Shown piece by piece: positions 1-12,847 of a stretch of 64,000 bases of DNA. Under the pieces are notes generated by a model. The model ran no database searches and was not told the DNA's origin. It saw only the letters and a program-made list of their open reading frames with translations. A program made the position numbers and the translations under genes. Every line of letters starts with the position of its first letter. The first letter of the stretch is position 1. This DNA is from Eledone cirrhosa (Eukaryota). The DNA lies in assembly GCA_964016885.1 (NCBI GenBank), contig OZ024740.1:69378001-69442000 (forward strand). The letters are read 5' to 3'.

Positions 1-1484
1 CATGCCTTCCGCTGCACCTCCTCCAACCTAGTCTACGGACTTACGTCGGACAGACTGGTCGTCGCCTGGCGGACAGATTTACTGAGCACCTCCGGGATAT
101 TCGTCTCGGTGGTAGTTCCCCCATCGCCCGCCACTTTGGTGCCCCTGGACATTCCGCACACCACCTCACAGTCTGTGGCCTACTCCAATGCCAAGGAACA
201 CCCGCCAATCTCCTAACGGTCGAAAAACGAACCATCTTCACCCTACAGACCCACACTCCTCCCGGCCGGAACTACCCGCCCTTATTCCTCTAGGCTTCGA
301 CCGCCCCCTCCCCCCACTCATATCCTCCACTAAAACCACTAACACCCCCCCTCTTTTTCACCGCCCACCCCACAACTAACAATACTAACACCTCCACCCC
401 ACATCCGACCACCCTTCCCCAACTAACATACTAACATCCCTCCCTTCTTCCCCCCCCCGTATCACACGCACACACCCACCGGTACATATATACACGCGCT
501 CACACTAAACACACACCCTACTACCACCACTAACCCTCACCCCCACACATCCACCCCACCACCACGCAACTAATATCACTAACACCCCCTGACCCCAAGC
601 ACACGAACACACACACCCACTTACACCAGCCACTCTACACTCGACTAACATCACTAACACACCCCAACCCTACGCACACGAACACACACACCCTCTTACA
701 CCACCCACTCTACACACCCTACCACCACTGATCCCCACTCACACCCGCATTCAACCCTTTCTCCACCTCCAGTATACTAACACCCACTAACACCCCCTTC
801 ACCACACACACACACCAGTACACTACACTCCCTCCATCGTCCCCCACACCCTTCTCTCCCCGCTTCACCCACACCCTTTCTCAAACACTCACACATCTCA
901 CTAACACCTCTACTAATACACACACACACCCTCCCTACTCCAACTTTCACACCTACCCATCCTCTCCCCTGTCCACCGCACATCCGCACACACTGACACA
1001 CCGACTTTCTTCACTTACCATTCTACCCTACCGCTGCTATGCCTCTCTGACCACCTCCCCGCACACACAGACACACAACCCTCCTCCTGCCTTAACCCTC
1101 TGACCACTTCCTGTTTGCGCGTGCACCCCTCTTCCGACGAATCTCGTCACGGATTACACATATGTGAACCTTGATCCCGAGAATCAACCGCATCCCAAGG
1201 ATTTTACTCAGCATTCCACCACATCCTTTTACGGAATTACCTTTACGACTCACCCCAGACATACAACCAAAAACATTTTTTCCCACACGCCACCTACATC
1301 CACAACACGCATAAACACCACACACACACGTGCGTACCACCACATATTTACACATTCAGCCTCCGGAATCGTCTCCCCCCCCCACCCCTCTATCCACACA
1401 CGCACACACACTCCGACCTACACCCCACCCCACACACACCTCTTCCTGAACATGCAACCCCATTCTTCCCACAACCCTTGCTTT

Positions 1485-1515
<31 letters not shown>

Positions 1516-1521
1516 GTACAC

Positions 1522-1557
<36 letters not shown>

Positions 1558-1938
1558 ACACCTACATACACACACCACCTTCAGCCCTCCCCGCTCGGAC
1601 ACTCCGCCTCCCTCTCCCCACTCCACCCGCCATCACCCTACACGCCCCACACCCTTCCACCACCTGTTTTACCCCATTTTAATTTTATTTTCATCATGCC
1701 TTTATTTTTAATTTCATTTTTAATTTCATTTGCACCGTTTCCTCTCACCCCCTTTTTGCTATATGCCTCTCCACCACTCCCCTACACACCCTTTGAACTC
1801 TCTTCCCACACACCTTTCACCTGAAGAAGGGCTTATGCCCGAAACGTCGTTCCCCACCACCACCCCACTCTCAAGAGCGTGAAATTAATAAACCTTTGTT
1901 CGTACTGCCTCTCTGTTTTGTTCCCGTTCAATTTTTCA

Positions 1939-1940
<2 letters not shown>
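1..1940 (+). mobile_element. 3' end of a Neptune-like Penelope-like retroelement (GIY-YIG remnant, C/A-rich 3' region, terminal HHR-like motif)
   Basis: Translation gives HAFRCTSSNLVY (1-36), then after a frameshift YVGQTGRRLADRFTEHLRDIR...SPIARHF...HLTVCGL...VEKRTIFTLQT (42-252), a PLE GIY-YIG signature. Motif CTGAAGAAGGGCTTATGCCCGAAACGTCG at 1821-1849. Ends at a (TA)n tract. Confidence 0.8.
1817..1853 (+). ncRNA. Minimal hammerhead-like motif of Neptune-type pLTR
   Basis: CTGAAGA-A-GGGC-TTAT-GCCC-GAAA-CGTCG-TTC; stem I is not well supported. Confidence 0.55.
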
Positions 1941-1985
<45 letters not shown>

Positions 1986-1999
1986 AATTAAAATACTAG

Positions 2000-3150
2000 A
2001 GTGTGTTGGAGTTAAACACCCTCTTCGTATTATATAAATGACAGTAGAGGTATAGCTCAATGTAATTAAACAGGGCCGAAGAATTATGAAAATAAACCAA
2101 AGAAGCCTTCAATACATCAAAAGTCTTTATTAGCCAACAATGTTTCGTCCTTTTAAGGACTCATCAGGGCAATTAAAGCTATAAGAAACACTATCAGCCA
2201 ATACAAGCCAAAAACTGAGAAGAATATGGAGTGTACATACATTAAAGAATAGGAAAATTATCGGGTAAAAATTATCAAGTAAAAATTGCTAAGGAAGTGA
2301 ATAACATTTTGAACCATATTACAAATATAGTCCAATGCAAAAACTAAAGCTAAACAAAGGTGGTGATATAGAGCGGGAATTATTGTACTATATATAATAT
2401 AATATAATATAATATAATATAATATAATTGATAATGATAATAATAATAATAATATTAAAAGGCCCAATATACATATATATATATATACATATGTACACAT
2501 ATATACATATATATCAATACACATTTCCATCAATACAAGCACAAACTAACCCTTATTAAGAGTTTAAATATAAATAAGAATCATAAGAATAATAAGAATA
2601 AAAATAAAAATAAAAATAAAAATAAAAATATAATACATATATTATTTACAGTATAAAATGAAGAAGAAATGATTAAAAGTAAACATATAATATATAATAA
2701 ACTATATAATTATATAATAGATAATCTCCGGTTAATTTGCACAAACAATATAAATGTTACAATAACCCTATAATAACAATATTATAATATAATGGCATAT
2801 AACTTAACAAATCATATAGAGTTACAGACCGGGTGAGAAAAAATATTGTACAGAACTAAATAATGTTGGAAAAATTATGTTGGAAAAATATCAAAACCAT
2901 TGCAAGAAAACAGATGGAGGTCACATTTCTCTACAATTGATGTAAATAAATATTATCCAAACATTACAAAAATTATAAAAATATAAACATATTACAGAAT
3001 TTACAAAATTTAACATAACATAATGGTACATTTAATAATCGGTAAATAATAAAGATCAGTAGAACGTTTACAAAGAGTTGAAGGATATAAAAATGTCAAT
3101 ATAAAATATTGAACATAATATAATATACATAATTACGGAAGTTTGTGTAA
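2000..3150 (-). mobile_element. PLE 3' UTR/pseudo-LTR fragment in inverted orientation
   Basis: Contains a canonical HHR (2133-2170), AATAAA and a CATTGAGC tail motif on the minus strand; abuts the 5'-truncated Naiad at ~3155. Confidence 0.6.
2133..2170 (-). ncRNA. Type I minimal hammerhead ribozyme
   Basis: Minus strand GCC-CTGATGA-GTCC-TTAAAA-GGAC-GAAA-CATTG-TT-GGC: intact core, 4-bp stem II, stem I GCC/GGC, GUU site. Confidence 0.85.
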
Positions 3151-3154
3151 TCCT

Positions 3155-5273
3155 TTTCCTATCGAAGTGGAAGGCCCTCCATCTAATCCGACACCAACAA
3201 CGATAAGTTTGGTTTCAAATCCTACAAAAACCTCACACCTCCGCACACCACCTCACAGTCTGTGGCCTACTCTTTGGGATTCTTTCGAGCAGGACTTAAT
3301 GAAAATGATAACCGGAATCAAATTTACAAACGGAAGGAAAAACGAACTTCAACGAGATATTAAAACTCTACTCGACAACCTAAGGAATACCAAAGGAATT
3401 ATCATAAAGGCAGACAAAACATCGAATCTATACACCCTGGATGTAGAAACATATAATAATTTTATACGTAAGGAATTACATAGGAAGTACAAAAAAACAA
3501 ACGCAACTACACTAACCAACATTAATAACGCAGCATGTGATATTGTTAAGAAACCGAAAATCGACGACAGAACGGTACCCCTATCTCCGGCTACACCGAC
3601 TTTTAATCTGAAGGACCATAAGGATAACTTCGATACCAACCCTAAAATTAGATTAATATGTCTTTCAAATGTAGGTAGAATCAGTAAGTACATATTAGAT
3701 CGTATTATCCCCCAAGTTAAGGCTAAGGTAGATATTAAATTATGGGGTAATACTCAACAGGCAATAAGATGGTTCAATAACATTAGTGACAAAAATAAAT
3801 CTTCTTTTATTCAATTCGATATAGATGAATACTATTCCTCTATTTCACCCGAAACCCTGCATAAGGCCCTCTCATTCGCTAAGACTAACCCGGACCTCAC
3901 AAATGAGGAAATTAATATTATACTTGAAGCTAGACGCACAGTAGTGCATTTTGAAAATAGTTATTGGGTCCGCAGAGATAGACCCTCGGAATTCGACATT
4001 ACGATGGTTTCTAATGATTCGGCGGAGGTCACGGATCTGGTTTGGATCTATATAGCCCACAGACTCCAGAGCGAATTTACGGACCTCCACGGCGGAATAT
4101 ACCGCGACGATACACTTCTATTAGTCAAGAATATGAACAAACAAAACCTAGAAAGGCGACGTAAAAACATTAGGAAACTTTTCTTAGAACTAGGGCTTAA
4201 TATTACCTTCGAACACAATTTTAAGGTGGTCAACTTCTTGGATGTCACCTTCAACCTTAATAACGGTAATATAGAGCCATTTCACACACTTAATGAAAAT
4301 CTCAAGTACGTTAATGTAAAATCGAACCATCCCCATTCCATTATTAAATCTATCTTTAAAAATATATCCATAAGGATCTCCCGATTGTCGTCTAATTTGC
4401 AGACTTTCAACGAGCATGCTGAATATTATAATGACGCACTTAGAAAATGTGGTTACTGCGATAAAATAGAATATCTAGACGATAACCACATAAGTACTAT
4501 GAATAAAACACATCTAAGTCGAACTAGTATTGCACCACACACACACATCAATAGGCATACTAATAGGTGCAAACCAGCAAATAGAGTCAGACGTATAACC
4601 CCGTGTACAATATTTCTATTAGCACTAAGATTATCTCACAATTCTATACACTAATCAATAAACACTTTACAACTTCACATAAATACTATAAAATCTTTAA
4701 CTCGCGCACCATTAGACTCTCATACTCCACTGCACCTAATATAGAACAACTAATTAAAAAACTCAACTCAGCAATACTAAATAAGGACATCCCTAATGAC
4801 TCAGCGCACCACCATAGCAACATACAACGCACTAACACGCAACTACAACCCCACCAACCTATCCAGGATACTACTGCAAAACATTAAAATAATTGTAACT
4901 GCACCAAACCAGGTACGTGCCCACTGAATAACCAGTGCCTAGCACGCAATATTGTCTACCGATGTACAATAAATTCCGGAACCAACAAATGGCATTACGT
5001 CGGATGTACCGCAACTTCTTTCAAAGCTCGCCTATACCAACATCGATCTTCGATCAGACACGAGAAAATGCGCTCCGTAACAACGCTCGCCGATAAAGCC
5101 TGGCAGCTCCGAAAGAAGAATCAAGCATTCTCCCTTGATTGGCAAATTATTGCTGCTGCGCCTGCATATAAGCAAAATCATCGATTCTGTAAATTATGCA
5201 ATATGGAGATATACTGCATTTTAACGTCGGTAAACAAACTTTTGAACAGCAAAATTGAACGTTCAGTGTACTG
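3155..5273 (+). pseudogene. Naiad-type PLE RT + GIY-YIG ORF, 5'-truncated, with frameshifts and a stop
   Basis: KWKALH, KFGF, ADKTSNLY, LKDHK, FIQFDIDEYY, FDITM, YRDD, VNFLDV and SNHP in ORF 3143-4654. Continues in 4603-4887 (KIFNSRTIRLSYS), then TAA at 4885, then CNCTKPGTCPLNNQC, IVYRC...HYVGCT, CKLCNME, LLNSKIE. Confidence 0.92.
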
Positions 5274-5699
5274 TATTTTTAAATGTAATGTTACCTTTTT
5301 ACACCACCGTTTGCAAATTTCTGTTTTATATGTTTATACACAAGATATGGATTTCTATAATAATAGTACTAAACACTATTTTCTGGACCCCTTTAGAAAT
5401 AACCTGCTACTATAATAGCCCCAATAACTTGTATGTATTTCTGTACCACTTTGACCCCTTTAACTAAATTTTGTCCAAACAACACCACTGGAAGAATTTA
5501 CTTCCCCCACCAACCCTAACACGCCTCATTAAGCTAACTGCTGCCAAAACATTCTCTCCTTACAATCTCTACTAGTCTGACAGTCTTAAATCCTAGGACT
5601 CCCATCCCCTTACTCACTTCCCTCTTCCCCCATCTCTTCCTACCTCCTTCTTTCTCTTTTATCTAGTGTATAAAATATTTTCATATCATTCCAATACAA

Positions 5700-5816
5700 A
5701 GGTCTGACGACATGGTGTGTTTGCTTGCAGTGTACTTTCGGTTTATGATAATATTTTTATATTATTCAAATAGCGAGGTATAGGTAACCCATACACTATA
5801 GAAACAATTGTTACCT
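5700..5816 (+). ncRNA. Hammerhead ribozyme with 90-nt extended stem II (Naiad 3' pLTR)
   Basis: AGGT-CTGACGA-[CATGGTGTGT...ATACACTATA]-GAAA-CAATTG-TT-ACCT; stem I AGGT/ACCT, palindromic stem III, followed by AATAAA. Confidence 0.8.
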
Positions 5817-5999
5817 AATAAATTCTTTATACCCGCATTTCCGTTTCAGAAACTTCTTCTCCATATTTTCTCCGGATTTTAAAACACACTTTATTATACG
5901 TTGAGCAATCTCCGACGTCGGTTGACTCCATCCAATGCAACTACTTAGTAACATTGGAATACAAATTTTCTAATTCTCTCTCTCTCTCTCTCTCTCTCT

Positions 6000-6070
<71 letters not shown>

Positions 6071-6104
6071 GAAACACACAGATACATGCGGACACACACA
6101 TATA

Positions 6105-6625
6105 CATGAATGCATCCGCACCCAACCGTGAGTTAAGGGTGCCAACTTCACCGATGTTGCTCAATGAATGACTGGGACAGACCAATCCGGTTGAACCAGA
6201 CTGAACCAGTATCAGAGTTAAAAATACATTATGAAGAGAGAAGAAACATTTAGATATAATTAGTAATAAAATGTATCATACCTAAACTGCTCCTAGATTC
6301 CTCGACTACGTAGTTTCGTGGCATAAACAAAAACAATACATCATAAAGATATAGAGTCCCTGCGAGGTCTGCCGACTTATCAAGAGGATACCTCATTTTA
6401 CTAGTCTCAAGAACGCGTCTACAGGACGTGAGAAAGAATCCCAAAAGGCGGAGGGGGAGATAGTCACGCGATATAACGGTCGAGAAACAGAGCTAAGCCT
6501 CTTATAACCCCGAAAAAAATAACACGGAGGCGGAGGGGGTATTCATATCGAAGCCGTAGAAGAGGTGGTGAAGGAGGCGAGAAGTATGAGTAATGGAAGC
6601 TTTCCAGCAGTCCCCACACTTCAAA
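6105..6625 (-). mobile_element. PLE pseudo-LTR plus tail, inverted
   Basis: HHR at 6299-6388 and a CCGGATT...CATTGAGCAA tail motif on the minus strand (~6148-6190), matching the tails at 5872-5908 and 38992-39031. Confidence 0.6.
6299..6388 (-). ncRNA. Hammerhead ribozyme, U3-A8 core variant, extended stem II
   Basis: Minus strand TCCTC-TTGATAA-[GTCGGCA...TGCCAC]-GAAA-CTACGTAG-TC-GAGGA; 5-bp stem I, palindromic stem III, GUC site. Confidence 0.75.
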
Positions 6626-6925
6626 GATTGCTCGAGATCAGCTGGAAAATATTGTCAACTGCTAAAGCATATCAAACTGGTATGTCCCATTGTAAGCTCT
6701 GTAATATGGAGCTCTTCCAAATACTTAATTTTAGTAAAACCCTTCTTAACAGTAGAATTGAACAAGCCATCTTCTGCCGGCATAAATCAGCAACGAAGTT
6801 CCTGAACTTTAGACCCACTTAACTCCATTTTCTTATTATTATTTCATTTTATACTTTTAGCACTAATTACGATATCTTATTATCACAAACTTCATAATTA
6901 CGTAGGAATAACCTAAAAACATTTG

Positions 6926-7207
6926 TTTTTTATTTTTATTTTTATTTTTATTTTTATTTTTATTTTTATTTTTATTTTTATTTTTATTTTTTATTTTTAT
7001 TTTTATTTTTATTTTTATTTTTATTTTTATTTTTATTTTTATTTTTATTTTTATTTTTTATTTTTATTTTTATTTTTATTTTTATTTTTATTTTTATTTT
7101 TATTTTTATTTTTATTTTTATTTTTATTTTTATTTTTATTTTTATTTTTATTTTTATTTTTATTTTTATTTTTATTTTTATTTTTATTTTTATTTTTATT
7201 TTTATTT
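6926..7207. repeat. (TTTTTA)n microsatellite
   Basis: Direct inspection. Confidence 0.95.
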
Positions 7208-7761
7208 GTATTTTCATCATTTATTATTTTATATATATACATCTTTCACCATTTATCTCCGCTTAAACACATTCCATCATCGTTCATTTTATCTTATAAT
7301 ACAATACATCTCAAACTAGCTATTTTACATAGTAATCAATATTCGTCCGTATATTTATTTTCTTGTCTCTCTTTTTCATATCCCTATGTTTATTTCTTTC
7401 TCTACCTCATATCCCCATATTCATGATTAATTTCTACTCCCTCATCCCTCTTAATCTTCATCTATTTCTTTCTCATCTTCCTTACTTATCCTTCCTCTTT
7501 GCCTATTCTACACCCCCTTCTCTCTTTCTCTCTATATATCTTTATTATTATTAATGTTATATTTATTTTAATATGATAGGTTGATTTCGTAATTTTGCCA
7601 GTTATTCATTTAACTATATATTCTTTCCTTCTTTATTTCTTTCTCTCTCATTTCCATCTATCTCCCTTCCTTTATTTATTTATTTATCATTAATAATATT
7701 ATTGATATAGTAATTTGAATCTTTAAATTTGCCGTTACGCGTATATTTTATATTTCTTAAT

Positions 7762-7866
7762 GTTCTCTGATGAAATGGTCAAACTTAAATGTATTGTAAA
7801 TTGAGTTGTACTTCTCCAGTATCTAGCAATTTATAGACAATTCTATCATGGAAACAATTGTAAAAC
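7762..7866 (+). ncRNA. Hammerhead motif with 77-nt extended stem II (stem I degraded)
   Basis: CTGATGA 7767-7773, ATGGT...ATCAT closing stem, GAAA-CAATTG-TA at 7851-7862, AATAAA at 7871. Confidence 0.65.
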
Positions 7867-8274
7867 TGTAAATAAATTCCCTTGTTTGTACTATCAACCA
7901 TGTTATTCTTAACTTTTATATATATATATACTCTTTTCATTGGCAAGATGAGATAGGCTGAATGTTCTTTACAGTTCTCTGTTCTCCAGGAGCAAACAAG
8001 TGGGTGATTAAGGGCAGTTCATATAGTAGAGCATTTAAAAATCAAAATGTTATGAAAGCCAAGCTTAGGAAACTATTATTTATTCATACATCTCTACGAA
8101 CGTTCCACCGTGGCTAGAATATCGCATCCACTTCGGAGAAACTGGAGATTACCAGTTAACAATTATCTCCATTATTGGTGCTTTATCCTAACCGTATCTC
8201 TTCAGGAAACATATAGAAGAAAATAGCGATAGTTAATTCCAAAATGTTATAGACCTCACCTAACTATATATCTA

Positions 8275-8313
<39 letters not shown>

Positions 8314-8322
8314 ATAATATAT

Positions 8323-8670
8323 ATATAAGATCAAAAGATGGTTAAAAGAGTTCCATGTATTTTATTATGCGCATTTCAAAAACAGATATCATCATGGGAT
8401 GATATTTGCGTTCTCTTATGTTGATTTAACACATCACTTCTCGCAAGTGTTTTTTAAGCTTCATATCATATCTCCCTATTTTATCTGATGAGAAGGCAAA
8501 TATCATTCCATGATGATATTTGTTTTTGAAATGCGCATAATAAAATACATGGAACTATTTTAACCATCTTTTGATCTTATATTATTTATACTCCAGTCCT
8601 ATAAACTGTGGAGTGCTACTTATCCGATATTTGCATTGCTTTATTGTGCTACAATAAAACTCACCTCCTA
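8323..8670 (+). mobile_element. Very short PLE-type insertion: inverted partial pLTR + pLTR + tail
   Basis: ~8323-8409 is the reverse complement of ~8496-8582; HHR in the right arm; microsatellites on both sides. Confidence 0.8.
8477..8547 (+). ncRNA. Type I hammerhead ribozyme
   Basis: TATTTTAT-CTGATGA-GAAGGCAAATATCAT-TCCATG-ATGATATTTGTTTTT-GAAA-TGCGCA-TA-ATAAAATA; 8-bp stem I, 15-bp stem II including GU pairs, palindromic stem III. Confidence 0.88.
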
Positions 8671-8690
8671 CACACACACACACACACCCA

Positions 8691-8849
<159 letters not shown>

Positions 8850-8861
8850 ATTTATATATAT

Positions 8862-9369
8862 AAGTGGAATAGAATGAAACGAAATTTCATTTCTCACTCT
8901 TAGTACGGCACTTACTTAAATGTAAGTATGTATGTATGTATACGTACATACATATATGTATACGGACGTGCAGTAGTATGTATATATATACATACGGCCG
9001 ACTGAACTCACTCGATATGCAAATTAGGCTGCTCAGCCGTTAATATGCATAAGGACAGTATATACTTTCAGACGTTCAACCATCTGGCAGGAAGGTATAC
9101 GATGCTGACGATAGCTAGTAAGCTTGAAACTAGTACATCGTTCCTGTGTAAGTGTTGAACAAAAAGGTGAAGTGGTTGCCTAAACACTGTACGGCGTAAT
9201 TCGGGCTGTTTATTTGTTTACAAACAAACAAACCGAGCATTATAATAAATGTTCGGTAAACCGATACGTGCATATATATATATATATGTGTGCATGTATG
9301 TATATATATAAATACTACTGTACGTCTGTATACATATATGTATGAACGTATACATACATACATACTTAC

Positions 9370-9374
<5 letters not shown>
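8862..9374 (+). mobile_element. Retrozyme-like non-coding HHR element (family A) with 5' inverted segment
   Basis: 8995-9374 matches 50968-51315. 8862-8993 is the reverse complement of 50830-50950. Octamer at 9017-9024; HHR at 9099-9141. Confidence 0.85.
9099..9141 (+). ncRNA. Type I minimal hammerhead ribozyme
   Basis: ACGATG-CTGACGA-T-AGCT-AGTA-AGCT-T-GAAA-CTAG-TA-CATCGT; 6-bp stem I, GUA site. Confidence 0.88.
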
Positions 9375-9443
<69 letters not shown>

Positions 9444-12400
9444 CCATGACCACGCCGACAGAAATAACATTTCACCATTATCTATATATGTTTAATTAAC
9501 CAGATTTTTCTTCTCTAGCTACATAAATAAAATCCCATATAAGAAGTTGGTCTAACCGAAATACATACCTTCCCTATCTCTCTGAACTAAGATCACCCAG
9601 GCGATGATTTATTGACAAACAGTCTATGATTGTCCATAATTATATTAAAGTGACGCAAAATGTATTATTTAGATTATAAGTTAAACTAAGTAGTAACAGG
9701 AAACGTGCCATGATCATAAGTCTAACCCCACTGCTCTTTGTTTTATGGGTGAACGAGATCTTTAGTTAGGGAATAATACTGTCATTTGACTCACGTTAGT
9801 CTTACATATATGTGATACTGCTGCAGCTAGACAATGTATACCATAAACCTCAGAAACAAAACAATGGGAATCTAGATTATTGGTGAAAACTTACCAACAC
9901 GCTACATTTACTGAATGATCTACGCACTGTTTATACACTCCGCGTTCGGTTGAGTTGATATCATGAACGACCAGGCTACCTTACATCTTTAATTCATCGA
10001 TCAATATTTCGGTCACATTTAGTCTGCTATCCACCTCTTATTGTTCTACTTTTACTGTAACTTAAACCTATCACTTAAAATTCCCCGAGTCAGTCTTTCC
10101 AAAAGCTGCAGTTACTCGGAATTCTATCCCACCCACTTTGTTATTTTTTGCTAGTCTTCAATCAAGATGTTTAACCTACTATACAACTATTTTAAAGAAC
10201 AAAAATTGTAATTTTGTGTCAATATTGATTTCTAAGTTAGCCAAAATGTCAGATCAGCATCTTACTGGTATTTGCAGTATTCGCTCCCAAAGATTTGAAA
10301 GTAAAACATAATCTCGCATGTAAGGATTTGAAATCAGAATTCCAAAGACGCAACTAATTTGAACAGATTTGCCCGGAATCACACGGATTCTTCAAATTAA
10401 GCTCTTGTAAGATTGTTTTAATAGAATAAATCAATATAGTCTCGTGAGAGTTGTTTATCACCCCACATTGCTGTATTGACAGAATAGTTAATTGGGAATG
10501 AATAATTAATAAACATTCACGGGAAACTTAAAATTGATTTTCTAAATGAATATACTCTGTAACATTTTAAAGATTCCTGGTTTTTCAAAACTAACATTTT
10601 CATTTTCATTTTATGTGTTGAGCGAAACTGTCAGTCCTGTAGAATCCATTATTTTCTAGATATAAAGTATATAATATAAGTTGTCATATATCAAGCTAAT
10701 AATATTTATTTATTTGCAATTGTTAATCACGATTATTATAGAAGGTAAAATAAATTGGCGTCGCAGTATAGATTATATTCTCATAAACAAACCCATGGTC
10801 TAACTACGATGCTTTCATCATACTGATTTTATCTAGGCATAGGTACAATTTGCACGACGTTCAATGATAATGATATACAAGAGCTGGGTAACATGGTGGC
10901 ACTGGCTTGCGTGAAAATTTAAGTATATAATAATGTCTTTAAGAGAGATTATTGAAGCACTATTGGATGTGAAGTGTTAATGGATAGATGATCATAACTT
11001 AGAGATTCTAGTGAATATTACATTGCATTGGTACCTCATTGCCTTCTCTAACTTTAAAGAATGGATTGCTCTCGGAGATACTGAACTACTTGTGTAATTT
11101 AGACAATATGAGACTCTAGAGCGGTGAGTTGTTACCAGCGGGCAGTAATTGTTTTAAGTTAGGTAACTAGACGACTAGTGTGTAAAGTACTGCGGAGACT
11201 GGCATATAGAATGTTGTACCTATAACAGGATACAAACTATCAAACTTTCATTTAAACGTGTTCCAGAATAAAGTCATTTGCGCCCTCTTAGTGAGGACAA
11301 TTTCCTTTAAAACTTAAAGCCCAAATTTTCCTTTGACAAATTAATGAGTAACAGGTATGTTCTCCTCCATAAAATATATTCCATGTGACAATATGAAACA
11401 ATATTGTATACCACACAACGTAGAACTAGAGTATATATAGGCATAACATGCACACTTTATTATCTGTGGAGTTTACAAAAAGCCTATAAATTATATATCA
11501 CAACTTGGTTGCTGTAAATAGTTTAAAACTATTTGATAGTTATTATATATGAATGTGTATATATATATGTGTGTATGTGTGTGTGTTTATATATACGTAT
11601 ATGCCGTTGGGTGAATAATTCATTTGTTATATGAAGTGTTTTACATTAAAAATACATAAGCCTATTTACATAATTTATTCAATAAGAAAAACATCAGCTG
11701 CAATCATCTGACATATTGTATTCATTTTATAACTATAGACAGTTTCACGTTCAGGATTTGCTGCTGCTTTTTAAATATTGAATAAGCCAATCCCGTGGAG
11801 TGGAGGTGGTAATTTCTATGAAATAAACATCAAACAGGCATTTCTACAACGAAATATAAAAGATTCGACATTCGTGACCCTCTTATAATATTTACCACAC
11901 CAGAACATTTTTGGATTCTCCGCCCAGCTGGGAAATGGCATTTCTCTAAATAGATTTTGAAACGGAATGTTTTCCTTCACAGCAGGTTTTCTGATTCAGA
12001 ACTGGCAATAAAATTCAATTGCAATGCTACGCTTTACATTGAACATATTTTCTCATAAAACATAAAAGGGTAAAAAGGAAAAACCACCGGGTTACCATAT
12101 ACAAATAAAACAAACAAAACAAGCCAGATGAGATATTTAGCATCAATTAGTGGAATTATTATCTTTATTTTGATCTGGATGTTCAGCAAACATTAGAGGA
12201 CAATGCAGTGTATGCGCCAGCAGCGTATTAACATCGGATCATTGAACAAATTCTTCAAACGCGTATAATAGTGAAAGCGAAATAGAGAACTACGGAGTAT
12301 TGTGTCTTTAAGCTCCTCTGGCTTCATCAGGCAGTTACTACTAATAGAGTAATACTTTTCAGTCTATCTAATAGCTCTTCCCTCATATGTCGCAAAATCT

Positions 12401-12756
12401 AACACTTAATCAACTAATGTCTATTTTGTATTTTGTATTTTGGTGTAAATTTAACAAATTTGTAGAGTTCGTTTGACGTTTATGGTTCTCTCAAGAGGTT
12501 AGTAGTTTGAAAGAAATGAAATTACTTCAAACGATAATCAGAAGAAACTCTTTATATACAGAGCTCGCCTAAAGGATCATACATTCTATATTGCACTGAT
12601 GTTTACTGCCTTGGCTATATTGATTCATATTGCTGACGGAGAATAGAGTACTGAATACCGAATTAAAGTATAAATATTCAGTCTGGTGACCCTGTGATAA
12701 TAATACTCACAATTCAGCCGTAATAAAACGCATACCCACACACACACACACGCGCG

Positions 12757-12847
<91 letters not shown>

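Larger units (their letters stand above)
6628..7915 (+). mobile_element. 3' fragment of a Naiad-type PLE (GIY-YIG C-terminus + 3' UTR + HHR)
   Basis: ISWKILSTAKAYQTGMSHCKLCNMELFQILNFSKTLLNSRIEQAIFCRHK, stop at 6822; HHR-like motif at 7762-7866. Confidence 0.85.

Noticed and set aside
1164-1682. 172-aa His/Thr/Pro-rich ORF
   Set aside because: Low-complexity C/A-rich PLE 3' region and (CA)n; no domain signature
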